A DNA stretch of 64,000 nucleotides from Pseudonocardiaceae bacterium (GCA_035606945.1 DATNDR010000086.1:9145-73144); one strand, 5' to 3'; shown: positions 43,073-53,407, numbered from the stretch's first letter. Numbers and translations: made by a program. Notes: a model not told the origin generated them from the sequence alone.

Positions 43073-43121
43073 ATCGGGGTTTTGAGCGGGTCGATCACCC
43101 CGATATGTCTCCATGTCGGGG
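43057..43121. repeat. paired (inverted) copy of the palindromic 'CCCGATATGTCTCCAT' element
   Basis: Arm CCCGACATGGAGACATATCGGGG (43057-43079), 18-nt spacer, arm CCCCGATATGTCTCCATGTCGGGG (43098-43121). A further GGAGACAT lies at 43141-43148, within the last tilS codons. Confidence 0.9.
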
Positions 43122-43136
43122 TTGCGGGGGGGATTG

Positions 43137-44069
43137 TCAGGAGACATGCAGTCTGCCCTGGGTGCGCGAGAGGTCGAGGGTGCCTGGTAGGCGCAGCGGG
43201 CCCTGGCCCGACCAGCGGCCGATGAGGTCATCGGCCGCACGCAGGTGAGCGTCGGTCAGCTCGGTCACCCCCGCGTCGAGCAGCCAGCGCCGCAAGACAC
43301 GGCGGCGCAGTGCGGCCGGTTGGGTGGAAAGCGCCGCGACGTCCAGTTCGGCACCGCGGCGGGCAGCCGCGAGCAACTCGCCGGCCTGCCCGTCGAGCAC
43401 GTCGAGGTCCTCCCGCAGCTGCTGAGCTGTGCGCGCCAGGGCTTGGGCCACCCCGCCGGCCAGCACATCTTCCAGCAACGGCAGCACCTCGGTGCGCAAC
43501 CGGACCCGCCGGAAGCGGGGGTCGGCGTTCTGCGGGTCACTCCACGGCTTCAGGCTTAATGCGGCACAGGCCGCGACGGTGACGGCCCGGCGAATCCCGA
43601 GCAGTGGCCGACCCCACGGCCAGTCGAGCTCCCGCATGCCCGCCACCGACCGGGGTCCCGATCCTCGGCCCAGCCCGAGCAACACCGTCTCAGCCTGGTC
43701 GTCCATGGTATGGCCGAGCAGCACCAGCGCCCCGGGCGGTGCGGAATCGCGCAACGCCTGGTAGCGGGCTCGGCGGGCGGCTGCCTCCAGCCCTCCAGAA
43801 CCGGCGGCGGCGTCCACGGTGACGGGCAGCACCTGCACCGCCGGGTAGCCCAGCTGCCGTAACTGCGCGCCGGTGGTCTGCGCCACCTGCGCCGAGCACG
43901 GCTGCAGCTGATGGTCGATAACCAGGCCGTGCACCGGCAGACCCAGCGCAGCGGCGCAATGCACGGTCGCGGCGGCCAGTGCCAGCGAGTCAGGACCACC
44001 GGAGCACGCCACGGCGACTGCGCCCCCGACCTCGTGGCCGACCAGAAACCGGCGGACCGCGGTACGCAC
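43137..44069 (-). CDS. tilS: tRNA(Ile)-lysidine synthetase
   Basis: GTG 44069 chosen, giving 310 aa. It has the P-loop [12 protein letters not shown] and [13 protein letters not shown]. The supplied ORF (to 44615) overlaps the upstream gene. Confidence 0.85.
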   Translation of the reverse strand: MRTAVRRFLVGHEVGGAVAVACSGGPDSLALAAATVHCAAALGLPVHGLVIDHQLQPCSAQVAQTTGAQLRQLGYPAVQVLPVTVDAAAGSGGLEAAARRARYQALRDSAPPGALVLLGHTMDDQAETVLLGLGRGSGPRSVAGMRELDWPWGRPLLGIRRAVTVAACAALSLKPWSDPQNADPRFRRVRLRTEVLPLLEDVLAGGVAQALARTAQQLREDLDVLDGQAGELLAAARRGAELDVAALSTQPAALRRRVLRRWLLDAGVTELTDAHLRAADDLIGRWSGQGPLRLPGTLDLSRTQGRLHVS

Positions 44070-44098
44070 CTGGTTGACCGCCGGGTGACAGTGCGGTC

Positions 44099-45178
44099 TC
44101 AGGGAGCGATGCGATACAGCCAGGCCGCCGGATCGGCGATCTCCGGGCGGGTGGGCAGCGTTTCCGGTGAGGTCCACACTGTATTGAACCGGTCCATGCC
44201 CACAGCATCCACCACGTACCGGGTGAACGCGGCGCCCTCGGCGTACTGGCGCAGCTTGGCATCGATGCCCAGCACCGCGCGCAGCACTCGCTCGGCGAGC
44301 GTGCCGCCCTGGCGGCGGGCGGTGAACCGCTGCCGGATCAACCGCACCGAAGGCACCACTGCCGGTCCGACCGCGTCCATCACATGGTCGGCGTGCCCCT
44401 CCAGCAGGGTGGCCAGCGAGATGAGCCGGTCCAGCGTCGCGCGCTGCTCGGGGTTTTGCAACAAGGTCAGCATGCCCAGCGCGTCCGATGCCTCGCCCCG
44501 CCGGGCGCCGCGCAGCGCCGCGGGCAGCCGGCTCACCATCTTGGCCAGGGTTTCCGGGTCTTCGGTGGCCGCCATGAACGACCGCACCTGGGTGGCGAAA
44601 TGCTCGCGCAGCCACGGTACGGCGTTGAACTGAAGCCGGTGAGTGGCCTCATGCAGGCAGACCCACATCTGAAACTCATCAGCCGGGACGTCCAGCGTCT
44701 GGCCGACAGTGACGATGTTGGGGGCCACCAGGATCAACCGCCCCGGGTCTTCGGACGGCCCGCCGAAGGGGTCGTACTGGCCGAGCACTCGCGACGCCAG
44801 GAACGCCAGCGCGACGCCCACCTGCACGCCCGCGGTGGTGGACAGCATGCGGCGGGCCCGTCCATCCGGGATTCGGTAGTCGGCGAGCAGCCGGCACAGC
44901 CCCTCGGTGGCCGCATCCACCCACCCGGGCCGGTCCACGACCTCGGCGGCCGGTGGCGCCTTGCCGTCGTCGAGCCCGGTCAGCTCCCGCACGTGCGTCT
45001 CGGCAGTGATCGACAGCACGCGGAGTCGTCGCACCGTCGCCGCCGCCTTCTCATGCGGTACTGCAGGACCGGCCGGCAGCAGCCGTTGCGCGGTGACCGC
45101 CGCTACCGCCCAGTCAATGGGGGCACCGGCTGGACCGGTCCTGGGTGCCTGAGGTGTATCGAGCGCGGGTTGTCCCAT
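44099..45178 (-). CDS. zinc-dependent metalloprotease (DUF2342, Rv3626c-like)
   Basis: 359 aa with HEATHRLQF (HExxH), in the conserved position between dacB and tilS. Confidence 0.75.
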   Translation of the reverse strand: MGQPALDTPQAPRTGPAGAPIDWAVAAVTAQRLLPAGPAVPHEKAAATVRRLRVLSITAETHVRELTGLDDGKAPPAAEVVDRPGWVDAATEGLCRLLADYRIPDGRARRMLSTTAGVQVGVALAFLASRVLGQYDPFGGPSEDPGRLILVAPNIVTVGQTLDVPADEFQMWVCLHEATHRLQFNAVPWLREHFATQVRSFMAATEDPETLAKMVSRLPAALRGARRGEASDALGMLTLLQNPEQRATLDRLISLATLLEGHADHVMDAVGPAVVPSVRLIRQRFTARRQGGTLAERVLRAVLGIDAKLRQYAEGAAFTRYVVDAVGMDRFNTVWTSPETLPTRPEIADPAAWLYRIAP

Positions 45179-45197
45179 ACCACGACGGTAACGCGGC

Positions 45198-46715
45198 TTA
45201 ATGACAGCCGCATGACCTCAATTCGGCTGCCAGTGCGTCCAACCGCGGCCGCACCAGGGCCGGGTTGGGGCCATTGGAGAGCAAAGCGAAGACCAACATC
45301 CTGCCGTCGGTGTCCAAAACCGTGCCGGCGAGGCTATTGACGCCGGTCAGAGTGCCGGTCTTGGCTCGAACCCAGCCTCGGCCTCGCGCGGAGGCGCCAG
45401 AAGAGTCACGGTAGCGGTCAGCCAGGGTGCCGCTGCCACCGGCGACCGGAAGCCCCACCAGTAGTGGTCGTAGCGCTGCGGTCGGCGGCTGGTTCACCCC
45501 ATCGGTTGGCTGATTGCCGGCTCCGCTGGCGGTTGTCTGACTGCCGGGTCCCCCGGCGGTGGCGGCGGGCTGGTCCGGCGCGGCGGCTGTGCCCAGCAGT
45601 GCGGTGAGCAACGTCGCCGGGACGGCATCGCTGGTGGACAGGCCGCTGCCGTCGACCAGGGTGGCCCCGTTGACGTCGAAACCGTGGCGCCGCAGCACGG
45701 TGAGCACTGCCTGCGACGCCCCGGCGAACGATGGCTGCGCTCCGGTCTTGCGGGCCACCTCCCTGGCGAGCGTCTCGGCGAGCACGTTGTCCGATTGCCG
45801 CAGGGCGGTGGCGACCAGGTCCTGCACCGTCGGGGACGACACGTCGCCGAGCACCGCGGCACCGGGTGCGGCGCTGCCGAGCGTGACGGTGTCCGGGTCG
45901 GCACCCAGCCGGCGGGCCAACTCGGCCGCCGCGGCGGTCGCGGGTTTCGCAGCTCGCGGCGAGATGTCCTGTTGGGGATCCGCGCGGCCGCCGTCGAGCA
46001 TCACCGGCTCGATCGGTGCGATGTATCCGCCTGCCACGTCGGCCGGCAGCCAGCTCGGCGCCAGCGCGTCGCCGGTGTAGCGGCTGACATCGACCAGCAC
46101 GCGGCGGATCGGACCCGGCACCGCCGCCCGGACCTGGCTGACCAGGTCATCCAGCCGGGCCGCGCCCGGGTATCCGGTCTCGGTGCCCTGAGCCGCACCC
46201 GACAGTGTCGGGTCACCGCCGCCGCGCAACACCACGGTGGCGGGGTCCGGCCCGGCCAGCACGGTGGTGTGGAACCGTTGCTGGTGGTCCAGCGTGAGCA
46301 GCGCGGCCGACGCGGTGAGCAGCTTGGCGGTCGATCCGGGAACCAGTGCATCGGCCGGGTGCCGCTGCCAGAGCACAGCACCGGTCGCAGGGTCGACTAC
46401 CTGCCCGGACAGCGAGCCCAGCCCACCGGCCGCGACCAGCGGGTCGAGGACGGCACCAACGCCCGCAGGGGTCGGCGCCGGGCCGTCGGCGGTGACCGGG
46501 CGTAGCGCCGGATGCGGCACCACCGGCGCGGGTGGCGCCACGGCCGACGCTGCCGCCGACACCGCGGCCAGCCGTTGGGTCAACGCGGTGACGCCGAAGC
46601 CCACGCCGAGCCCGGCCGCTACCGCGATCAGCAGGACGGCAGCGACGACGGGGACCATGGCGACCCGCTTGCCGTATCGGCCCAGCACGTGCCACCAGCC
46701 ACCGAGTCCGCGCAT
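45198..46715 (-). CDS. dacB: D-alanyl-D-alanine carboxypeptidase/endopeptidase (PBP4, DacB)
   Basis: N-terminal TM/signal segment, then the GSTAKLLT (SxxK), QSDN (SxN) and AKTGTL (KTG) motifs. Confidence 0.88.
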   Translation of the reverse strand: MRGLGGWWHVLGRYGKRVAMVPVVAAVLLIAVAAGLGVGFGVTALTQRLAAVSAAASAVAPPAPVVPHPALRPVTADGPAPTPAGVGAVLDPLVAAGGLGSLSGQVVDPATGAVLWQRHPADALVPGSTAKLLTASAALLTLDHQQRFHTTVLAGPDPATVVLRGGGDPTLSGAAQGTETGYPGAARLDDLVSQVRAAVPGPIRRVLVDVSRYTGDALAPSWLPADVAGGYIAPIEPVMLDGGRADPQQDISPRAAKPATAAAAELARRLGADPDTVTLGSAAPGAAVLGDVSSPTVQDLVATALRQSDNVLAETLAREVARKTGAQPSFAGASQAVLTVLRRHGFDVNGATLVDGSGLSTSDAVPATLLTALLGTAAAPDQPAATAGGPGSQTTASGAGNQPTDGVNQPPTAALRPLLVGLPVAGGSGTLADRYRDSSGASARGRGWVRAKTGTLTGVNSLAGTVLDTDGRMLVFALLSNGPNPALVRPRLDALAAELRSCGCH

Positions 46716-46877
46716 CGCTGCCGTTCCTACCCCACCCCACCGTGCCCTCCGCGCCCGGGGCGAACTCGGTGACAGGACGGTTGATCAACCACTGCGCGAG
46801 GAGGGCGGGCAGTCCACACTGGGCGTGGGGGCGCTCGCAGAACGCGGTGGTGGTCGTGGAAGGGAAGGGGAGGGCGT

Positions 46878-47399
46878 GTGGAGTTCGATGTGACGGTTGA
46901 GATCCCGCAGGGGCAGCGCAACAAGTACGAGATGGACCACCGGACCGGTCGCATCCGGCTGGACCGTACGCTGTTCACGGCCACCCAGTACCCCGCTGAC
47001 TACGGCTTCATCGAGGACAGCCTCGGTGAGGACGGTGATCCGCTGGACGCGCTGGTGTTGGTGCAGGAGCCCACCTTTCCGGGCTGCCTGATCTGCTGCC
47101 GGGCGATCGGGATGTTCCGGATGCGCGATGAGAAGGGTGGCGACGACAAGGTGCTCTGCGTGCCCACCGCGGAACCGCGGATGGCGCATCTACAAGACAT
47201 CGACGACGTCGACGAGTTCTACAAGCTCGAGATCCAGCATTTCTTTCAGGTGTACAAGGCGCTGGAGCCCGGCAAGAACGTGGCGGGCGCGCACTGGGTG
47301 GGCCGCGCCGAGGCCGAACAGGAGATTCGCAACTCCTGGCAACGGGCCCGCGGCGCCGACGAGCTCAGCGGTGAGTTGAGATCTGACCCTGGGCCCTGA
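46878..47399 (+). CDS. ppa: inorganic pyrophosphatase
   Basis: GTG start. [47 protein letters not shown]. Confidence 0.95.
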   Translation: MEFDVTVEIPQGQRNKYEMDHRTGRIRLDRTLFTATQYPADYGFIEDSLGEDGDPLDALVLVQEPTFPGCLICCRAIGMFRMRDEKGGDDKVLCVPTAEPRMAHLQDIDDVDEFYKLEIQHFFQVYKALEPGKNVAGAHWVGRAEAEQEIRNSWQRARGADELSGELRSDPGP

Positions 47400-47880
47400 C
47401 TGCGTCCTTGGTCAGGTCCGGTCGATCACACCAGTTCGCCTCGTAACCGGCGGTGAAACGGTCGATCAAGTCGGCGAACTGCTCACGTTCAGCGTGCTCC
47501 CAGGGTTCGATGATGGCCGCGATCCGTGCATTGCGGCGTTGCCGGGCCCGTTCCAGCAGTGCCGTGCCCGCATCGGTGATGGCCAGCAGGGAGGCGCGTC
47601 CGTCACCTGGATCGGCCCGTCGCTCGACCAATCCCACACCGACGAGATGAGCGGCCTGCCTGCTCACTGTGGAGGGATCGGAGTGCACCGCAGCGGCGAG
47701 CCCGGTGACTCGTGACGGCCCGCCGCAGGCGAGCGTATGGAGCAGCATGAACGACGGCCGATCGAGGTCATCGCCACGCACCACCGCGGCACGCTCGATG
47801 AGACGGATCAGCCGGGCTAGCCCGGTGCCGATCCGGCTGGACACCATCAGATCGTCGGTCACCGACGGGGAACCAGGCAT
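47365..47880 (-). CDS. MarR family transcriptional regulator
   Basis: ATG 47880. Winged-HTH region [42 protein letters not shown]. Its 3' end overlaps the ppa 3' end by 35 nt (convergent). Confidence 0.8.
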   Translation of the reverse strand: MPGSPSVTDDLMVSSRIGTGLARLIRLIERAAVVRGDDLDRPSFMLLHTLACGGPSRVTGLAAAVHSDPSTVSRQAAHLVGVGLVERRADPGDGRASLLAITDAGTALLERARQRRNARIAAIIEPWEHAEREQFADLIDRFTAGYEANWCDRPDLTKDAVRAQGQISTHR

Positions 47881-48079
47881 CGAATCACCTTCACTGCATG
47901 CCCCACACAAGTATCTTTATGCAATCAATCCTTCACTCATTTCGGAGGAGCGGCAAGGAGGTTCACCAGTAATGCTGACCCGCGGACGGGGGCATGCAGT
48001 GACCACAGTGCTACGCGAGGTGGCAGGCATGAAGAAAGCCGGCCTGTCCGTGCCAGGCCGGCTTCGCTTCACGGCGTAC

Positions 48080-48232
48080 CTAGCGCACGGCGCGACCGCG
48101 GATCGCGCCGAACACGCCGGTGGCGACGAACAGCACCAAGCCCACGATCGCCAGCCACAACAAGGCCTTGATGGTGAACCCGATGATGACCAACGCCACC
48201 CACAACACCAGCAAACCGATGATCAAACCCAT
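48080..48232 (-). CDS. small hydrophobic membrane protein (50 aa)
   Basis: ATG 48232 is preceded by GGTGGAG. MGLIIGLLVLWVALVIIGFTIKALLWLAIVGLVLFVATGVFGAIRGRAVR forms two TM helices. Confidence 0.4.
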   Translation of the reverse strand: MGLIIGLLVLWVALVIIGFTIKALLWLAIVGLVLFVATGVFGAIRGRAVR

Positions 48233-48404
48233 GACTCCACCATCCTTTGCCAGATGCCTCCCGTAGTCGGGAGTTACTGGCACAGGAGTTCCCGACATTG
48301 ATCGATCTCAAACCCGACCAATCGGGCGTCGACGGTTGCCCCAGCCGTTAGAGGGGCGGTTGTGCGGGGTACCCCACGATCCCGCGCGCGCCCAGGAGGC
48401 ACCG

Positions 48405-49919
48405 ATGAGCACCGCACCGCTGACCACGTCTGACCCGGTGCGGAGTCTGATCCCGGCGCGGATCGACCGGTTGCCCTGGTCACCGTTCCACACCCGAATG
48501 GTGATCGCGCTAGGGGTGGCGTGGATCCTCGACGGCCTCGAGATCACAGTCGCAAGCGCCGTCGGAGCAATACTCAACAAGCCCGAGACGCTGAACCTGT
48601 CATCCACCGAAGTGGGGCTCATCGCGACGGTGTATCTGATCGGCGAGGTCGTCGGCGCGCTGGTATTCGGCCGGATGTCCGATAGGCTGGGCCGCCGCAA
48701 CCTATTTATGATCACGCTGGGCGTGTACCTCGTCGGTAGCGGTCTCACCGCGCTGACCTTGGGCAGCGGTACCGCCTGGATTGTCTTTCTGTACGTCACG
48801 CGATTCATTGCCGGAACCGGTATCGGTGGTGAATACGCCGCAATCAACTCGGCGATCGACGAGTTGATCCCGGCTCGCTACCGCGGGCGAGTCGACATTG
48901 CGGTCAACGGCACGTACTGGGCAGGCGCGATCCTCGGCACGCTCGGCACGTTCATCCTGCTCAACGAGCTGACGCCCAGCGTCGGCTGGCGGATCGGTTT
49001 TCTCATCGGACCGGTCCTGGGCCTGGTGATCCTGCTGGTGCGGCGCAACCTGCCGGAAAGCCCCCGATGGCAGATCATGAACGGCCGTGAGCAAGCCGCC
49101 GAGCAATCGATCTCCTACATCGAGCACGAGGTGGCGCAGTCCGGAAAAACGCTGCCCAAGGTCGACGAGAGCAAAGCGATCGACCTGCGGCCGGCCGACC
49201 AGATCGGCTATCTCGCACTCACCAGAGTGCTGTTCCGGGAGTACCCGAGCCGCGCGATACTGGGCGCATCCCTGATGGTCAGCCAGTCATTCCTGTACAA
49301 CGCGATCTTCTTTACCTACACGCTGGTACTCGAGAAGTTCTATGGCGTGCCGGCGACGTCGACGTCCATCTATCTCATCGCCTTCGCGGTGGGCAACTTG
49401 GCCGGGCCACTGACCATCGGCCGTTTCTTCGATACGATCGGCCGCAAGACCATGATCGCCGGCACGTACATCGGTTCCGGAATCCTGCTGGCCGTCAGCG
49501 CATGGCTGTTCAACGCGGGATTACTCACCGCGACGACCCAGACCATTTCCTGGTGCGTGATCTTCTTCTTCGCTTCGGCAGGCGCCAGTGCCGCATACCT
49601 CACCGTCAGCGAGATCTTTCCGCTGGAGGTTCGGGCGAAAGCGATCGCGGTGTTCTTCGCCATTGCGCAGTGCTTCGGTGCGGTGGGCCCGGTCGTCTAT
49701 GGCGCGCTCATCGGTGATGGTTCGCAACCGTTCAGGCTGTTCCTCGGATACCTGCTCGGCGCAGCCGTGATGATCGCCGGCGGGTTGGTCGCGGTGGTGT
49801 ACGGAGTGGCTGCTGAGGGCCGGTCGCTGGAGGACATTGCAGCGCCGCTGGCGGCGGCCAGCCGGGGACACGCAGGTTCCACCCGGGCCGAAGGTGTGGC
49901 ATCGCCGCTATCGACCTGA
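48405..49919 (+). CDS. MFS transporter (sugar-porter / metabolite:H+ symporter-like)
   Basis: ATG 48405 is preceded by AGGAGG. 12-TM pattern with GRMSDRLGRRN (motif A) and PESPRW. Confidence 0.85.
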   Translation: MSTAPLTTSDPVRSLIPARIDRLPWSPFHTRMVIALGVAWILDGLEITVASAVGAILNKPETLNLSSTEVGLIATVYLIGEVVGALVFGRMSDRLGRRNLFMITLGVYLVGSGLTALTLGSGTAWIVFLYVTRFIAGTGIGGEYAAINSAIDELIPARYRGRVDIAVNGTYWAGAILGTLGTFILLNELTPSVGWRIGFLIGPVLGLVILLVRRNLPESPRWQIMNGREQAAEQSISYIEHEVAQSGKTLPKVDESKAIDLRPADQIGYLALTRVLFREYPSRAILGASLMVSQSFLYNAIFFTYTLVLEKFYGVPATSTSIYLIAFAVGNLAGPLTIGRFFDTIGRKTMIAGTYIGSGILLAVSAWLFNAGLLTATTQTISWCVIFFFASAGASAAYLTVSEIFPLEVRAKAIAVFFAIAQCFGAVGPVVYGALIGDGSQPFRLFLGYLLGAAVMIAGGLVAVVYGVAAEGRSLEDIAAPLAAASRGHAGSTRAEGVASPLST

Positions 49920-49933
49920 TCGGCCGGTGGGAT

Positions 49934-50155
49934 TCAGATCAGCCACCACGCCAGCATCAACGCCATGACAGTGGCCACGATCACCAGAATCAGCACCCCA
50001 GAAAGCATTCGAGCCGGGTTCGACTCGCCATGTTGCACACCCAGACTACCGACGTCCAGATGCGCGGTGTCATTGCTGCCAGTCCGCGGGCGGGGGAAGC
50101 CCCGAGGGGCTTCATTGTCCTTGCGGCCCGACCCGGGGGTAAGGTGCGCCGTCAT
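49934..50155 (-). CDS. hypothetical small tail-anchored membrane protein
   Basis: ORF ending in one hydrophobic helix (MLSGVLILVIVATVMALMLAWWLI). No clear RBS, and the start is uncertain. Confidence 0.2.
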   Translation of the reverse strand: MTAHLTPGSGRKDNEAPRGFPRPRTGSNDTAHLDVGSLGVQHGESNPARMLSGVLILVIVATVMALMLAWWLI

Positions 50156-50293
50156 AGCGCTGACGCTACGACCCGAGTGGTTACTGCTTCGCCCGATCAA
50201 GGTTAGCCGGAGGTAAAAAATTCCCTGCGGGTTAACCCTTCCGGATGACAATCGTCATCCAGGCGCGGTCCTTACCATTCGGTGGTGCCCGCA

Positions 50294-52900
50294 ATGTGGC
50301 CGCTGACCGGTCGCGCCGAAGAGCTGAGGGTGATCAGCGGGCTGACCTGTCACCGCGACGGGCCGGCGGGCGTCGTGCTGGCTGGGGCGCCTGGAGTCGG
50401 TAAGACCCGGCTGGCCCGGGAGGCGCTCGCGTTAGCCAAAAAGCGCGGGGTGCTGACCCGGTGGGCGGTGGCGACGGCGTCGGCGCGGGCCCTGCCGTTA
50501 GGCGCGTTCGCGGCGACTCTGGGCGTGGTCGGCCCGGACCCGGCCCGGCTCGTGCGGCAGGCCGGCGATGCGCTGCTGGCCGGTGCCGGGAAAGCCGGCG
50601 TCGGCAGTGTCGTTATCGGAGTCGACGACGCGCACCTGCTCGATGAGCTGTCCGCGACCCTGGTCCACCAGCTGGTCCTGCGTCGGGCGGCGAGTCTGGT
50701 GCTCACCTTGCGCACCGGAGAGAGCGCGCCGGATGCGGTGACCGCGTTATGGAAGGACGGGCACCTGTCGCGGCTGGAGCTGCAGCCGCTGTCGCCCGAT
50801 GAGACCACCGACTTGCTGGAGGCAGCCCTGGGCGGCGCGATTGACTCCGTCACCGCCCGGCGGCTGTGGTCGATCACCCGCGGCAATGTGCTGTACCTGC
50901 GGCAGCTGGTCGACGGTGAGCTGGAGGCGGGCCGGTTACATCAGGCGGCGGGGGTGTGGTTGTGGTCGGGTACGCCGAAGTTGTCGCCGGGGCTGGTGGA
51001 TCTGCTCTCCGCGCGGATCGGCCAGTTACCCGACGCGGTGAAGGCAGTCGTCGAGGTGCTGGCTTTTGGTGAGCCGTTGGGTGTGCCGCTGCTGATGGCG
51101 CTGACTGATCCGGTAGCAGTCGAGCAAGCCGAGACGCAGGGTCTGGTCGAGGTGTATTCGGACCGGCGACGGCTGCAGGCGCGGCTGGCCCACCCGCTCT
51201 ACGGCGAGCTGCAACGGGCACAGATTGGCACCCTGCACGCGCGGCGATTGTGCGGGCGACTGGCCAGCGCGCTGGCCAGTACCGGTAGCCGCCGGGCCGG
51301 GGACACCCTGCGCCGCGCGCTGTTGACGATGGAGTCCGACCTGCCACCGGATCCGGCGTTGCTCACCAAGGCCGCGCACCGCGCGACGGAGCTGGGAGAC
51401 CTGGCGCTGGCCGAAAAACTTGCCCGGGCTGCGATAGCAGCCGATGGCGGTTTCGAGCCGCGGCTGCTGCTGGGCAATGCGCTGCACTGGTCTGGCCCGG
51501 CCCGTGCCGCCGAGGCGGAAGCCGAGCTTGCCGCGGTGGCCGCGGTGGCCCGTACCGACGCCGAGCGAGTTCAGGCTGCGATACCCCGGTCGGCCAACCT
51601 GGTCTTCGGTTTGAACCGCCCGACCGAGGCCAGGGCCATGCTCGACACCGTGATGAAGACCCTTTCTGATGACGTCGCCGCGCTGGAGCCCTTGGCGATG
51701 CGCTCGGTGTTCGACGCCTTCGGCGGCCGCACCGTCCAGGCGGCCGAAGGCGCCGCGGCGGTGCTGGCCCACCCGAACTGCCCCCCACCCGCAGCGCAGC
51801 TGGCGACGTGGGGTCTGGTCGCAGCCCGCGGCTCGCAGGGCCGCCTTGACGGGCTTGCCGAACGAGCGCAGTGGATCGATGCCCGCGCCGACGCGTTCGA
51901 GACCGGGCTGCACCAAGCGGCCATCATCGGGTCATCGTGGGTCCACGGGTTGGTGCTGGCCGGCCTGCTGGATGCCGCCGAGGAGGCCGCGCACCGCTAC
52001 CGCGAGCGCTGCCAGGGCGCCACCGGATTCGGGTATTCGACCATCAGCACCATGTGCGCGGTGGTGGCCCAGGCCCGCGGCCAGGTCCATACCGCGGCCC
52101 GGTGGTTCGGTCAGGCCCTTGCTGCCAGCCTGCCGACGTTCATGCTGCCAGTGGACCTGCCCGGCGCACTCGGAATGGCCGGCGACGCGAGCGGCGCCCA
52201 GCAGGCCTGGCAGCAGATGATTCCTGCTGCGCAGCATTCGGGGTTTGCCCACATCAAATCGGAACTACAGCTCGGCGGTGCGTGGGTGGCCGCCGCCGAG
52301 GGCAGCGTCAGTGAGGCCGCCGCGCTGTCCCGCCAAGCCGCGGACCTGGCCGTGTCACAACATCAGCCGGCCGTGGAGGTGGTCGCGTTGCACACCGCGG
52401 TCTGTTTCGGCGACCGCACGCTCGCCGACCGGCTCGCGGAACTGGCCAGCCAGGCAGACGGGCCCCGCGCACCGGCCGCGGCCGCCCACGCCGCCGCGCT
52501 GGCCGCCGCCGACGGCGCCGCGCTGCATGCCGCATCGGTGCAACTCGAGACGATGGGCGCCCTGCTGCTGGCCGCCGACGCCGCCGCCCAGGCCGCCACG
52601 GCGCACACCCGCCACGGTGAGCGGGGCTCGGCACACGCTGCCGCCAGCCGCGCGCGCCGGCTGGCGCAGGCCTGCGAGGGCGCGCGCACCCCCGCGTTGG
52701 CCGCGCTGGCCGTGCCGCTGCCACTCACCGTGCGCGAGCGCGAGATCGTCACCCTGGCCGCTGGCGGATTGTCCAACCGGCAGATCGCCGATCGGATGGT
52801 GGTATCGGTCCGTACTGTTGAGGGCCACCTCTACCGGGCCTGTGCCAAACTCGGCGTCTCCGACCGCAGCGGACTCGCCTCCGTAGTCCATGGCGACTGA
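50294..52900 (+). CDS. large ATP-binding LuxR-family (LAL/MalT-like) transcriptional regulator
   Basis: N-terminal P-loop GAPGVGKTRLAREAL, a long helical (TPR-like) middle region, and a C-terminal LuxR HTH (LTVREREIVTLAAGGLSNRQIADRMVVSVRTVEGHLYRACAKLGV). Confidence 0.88.
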   Translation: MWPLTGRAEELRVISGLTCHRDGPAGVVLAGAPGVGKTRLAREALALAKKRGVLTRWAVATASARALPLGAFAATLGVVGPDPARLVRQAGDALLAGAGKAGVGSVVIGVDDAHLLDELSATLVHQLVLRRAASLVLTLRTGESAPDAVTALWKDGHLSRLELQPLSPDETTDLLEAALGGAIDSVTARRLWSITRGNVLYLRQLVDGELEAGRLHQAAGVWLWSGTPKLSPGLVDLLSARIGQLPDAVKAVVEVLAFGEPLGVPLLMALTDPVAVEQAETQGLVEVYSDRRRLQARLAHPLYGELQRAQIGTLHARRLCGRLASALASTGSRRAGDTLRRALLTMESDLPPDPALLTKAAHRATELGDLALAEKLARAAIAADGGFEPRLLLGNALHWSGPARAAEAEAELAAVAAVARTDAERVQAAIPRSANLVFGLNRPTEARAMLDTVMKTLSDDVAALEPLAMRSVFDAFGGRTVQAAEGAAAVLAHPNCPPPAAQLATWGLVAARGSQGRLDGLAERAQWIDARADAFETGLHQAAIIGSSWVHGLVLAGLLDAAEEAAHRYRERCQGATGFGYSTISTMCAVVAQARGQVHTAARWFGQALAASLPTFMLPVDLPGALGMAGDASGAQQAWQQMIPAAQHSGFAHIKSELQLGGAWVAAAEGSVSEAAALSRQAADLAVSQHQPAVEVVALHTAVCFGDRTLADRLAELASQADGPRAPAAAAHAAALAAADGAALHAASVQLETMGALLLAADAAAQAATAHTRHGERGSAHAAASRARRLAQACEGARTPALAALAVPLPLTVREREIVTLAAGGLSNRQIADRMVVSVRTVEGHLYRACAKLGVSDRSGLASVVHGD

Positions 52901-53102
52901 ACGGGCGAAACGTTGACACCATGGTCATGCGCCTGACGGCGAGCAGCCATCCTGTCGAACTCGGTGACAAGACGGCTGCCCACAATCATCAAGATCGGCT
53001 GGATACGGGGCACGCCTTCGTCCGGTGGGCGGCGTCAGCGGGGCCGGCATTCACTGATCGGGGTCGCGACCACCGCCGACGGCCTACCGGGCTGTAACTG
53101 AT

Positions 53103-53303
53103 TCAGTGAAGGCCTAGGAAATTCCCATAGCGGGGACGTGGGTTGTAGCCGCAACCGTCGTTGTAGCAGTAGTAGCCATGGTCGTAGCGGCGGTAGTGGT
53201 AGCCGGTGGGGCGGTAGGGGCCATCGCCACCCCAGCCTTCGCAGCCACAATCAACGCCGTGTCCATACCCGCCACCCTGTGCGAAAATCTGTGCAATTCT
53301 CAT
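53103..53303 (-). CDS. small Gly/Tyr/Cys/His/Arg-rich protein (66 aa), function unknown
   Basis: ATG 53303 is preceded at 6 nt by GAAGGAG. The product is MRIAQIFAQGGGYGHGVDCGCEGWGGDGPYRPTGYHYRRYDHGYYCYNDGCGYNPRPRYGNFLGLH, with no signal peptide or TM. Confidence 0.55.
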   Translation of the reverse strand: MRIAQIFAQGGGYGHGVDCGCEGWGGDGPYRPTGYHYRRYDHGYYCYNDGCGYNPRPRYGNFLGLH

Positions 53304-53391
53304 GCCCGCTCCTTCGGGATAGGTAGCAGAGCAGGGACGCCAGTAATCCCGGACAAGCCTGTGCAGTGCGCATGCGGCTTCATGAAAGTGA

Positions 53392-53407
53392 GCGATCGAT
53401 CGATCGC
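53392..53407. promoter_or_regulatory. perfect 16-bp palindrome GCGATCGATCGATCGC (candidate operator)
   Basis: Seen directly. It lies ~90 bp upstream of the small G/Y/C-rich gene in a non-coding stretch. Confidence 0.3.

Noticed and set aside
43137-44615. 492-aa version of tilS and 431-aa version of panC (33770-35065) as given in the ORF track
   Set aside because: The N-terminal extensions are Arg/Pro/Gly-rich and overlap the upstream genes extensively. Homology to TilS and PanC starts near the internal GTGs at 44069 and 34639.
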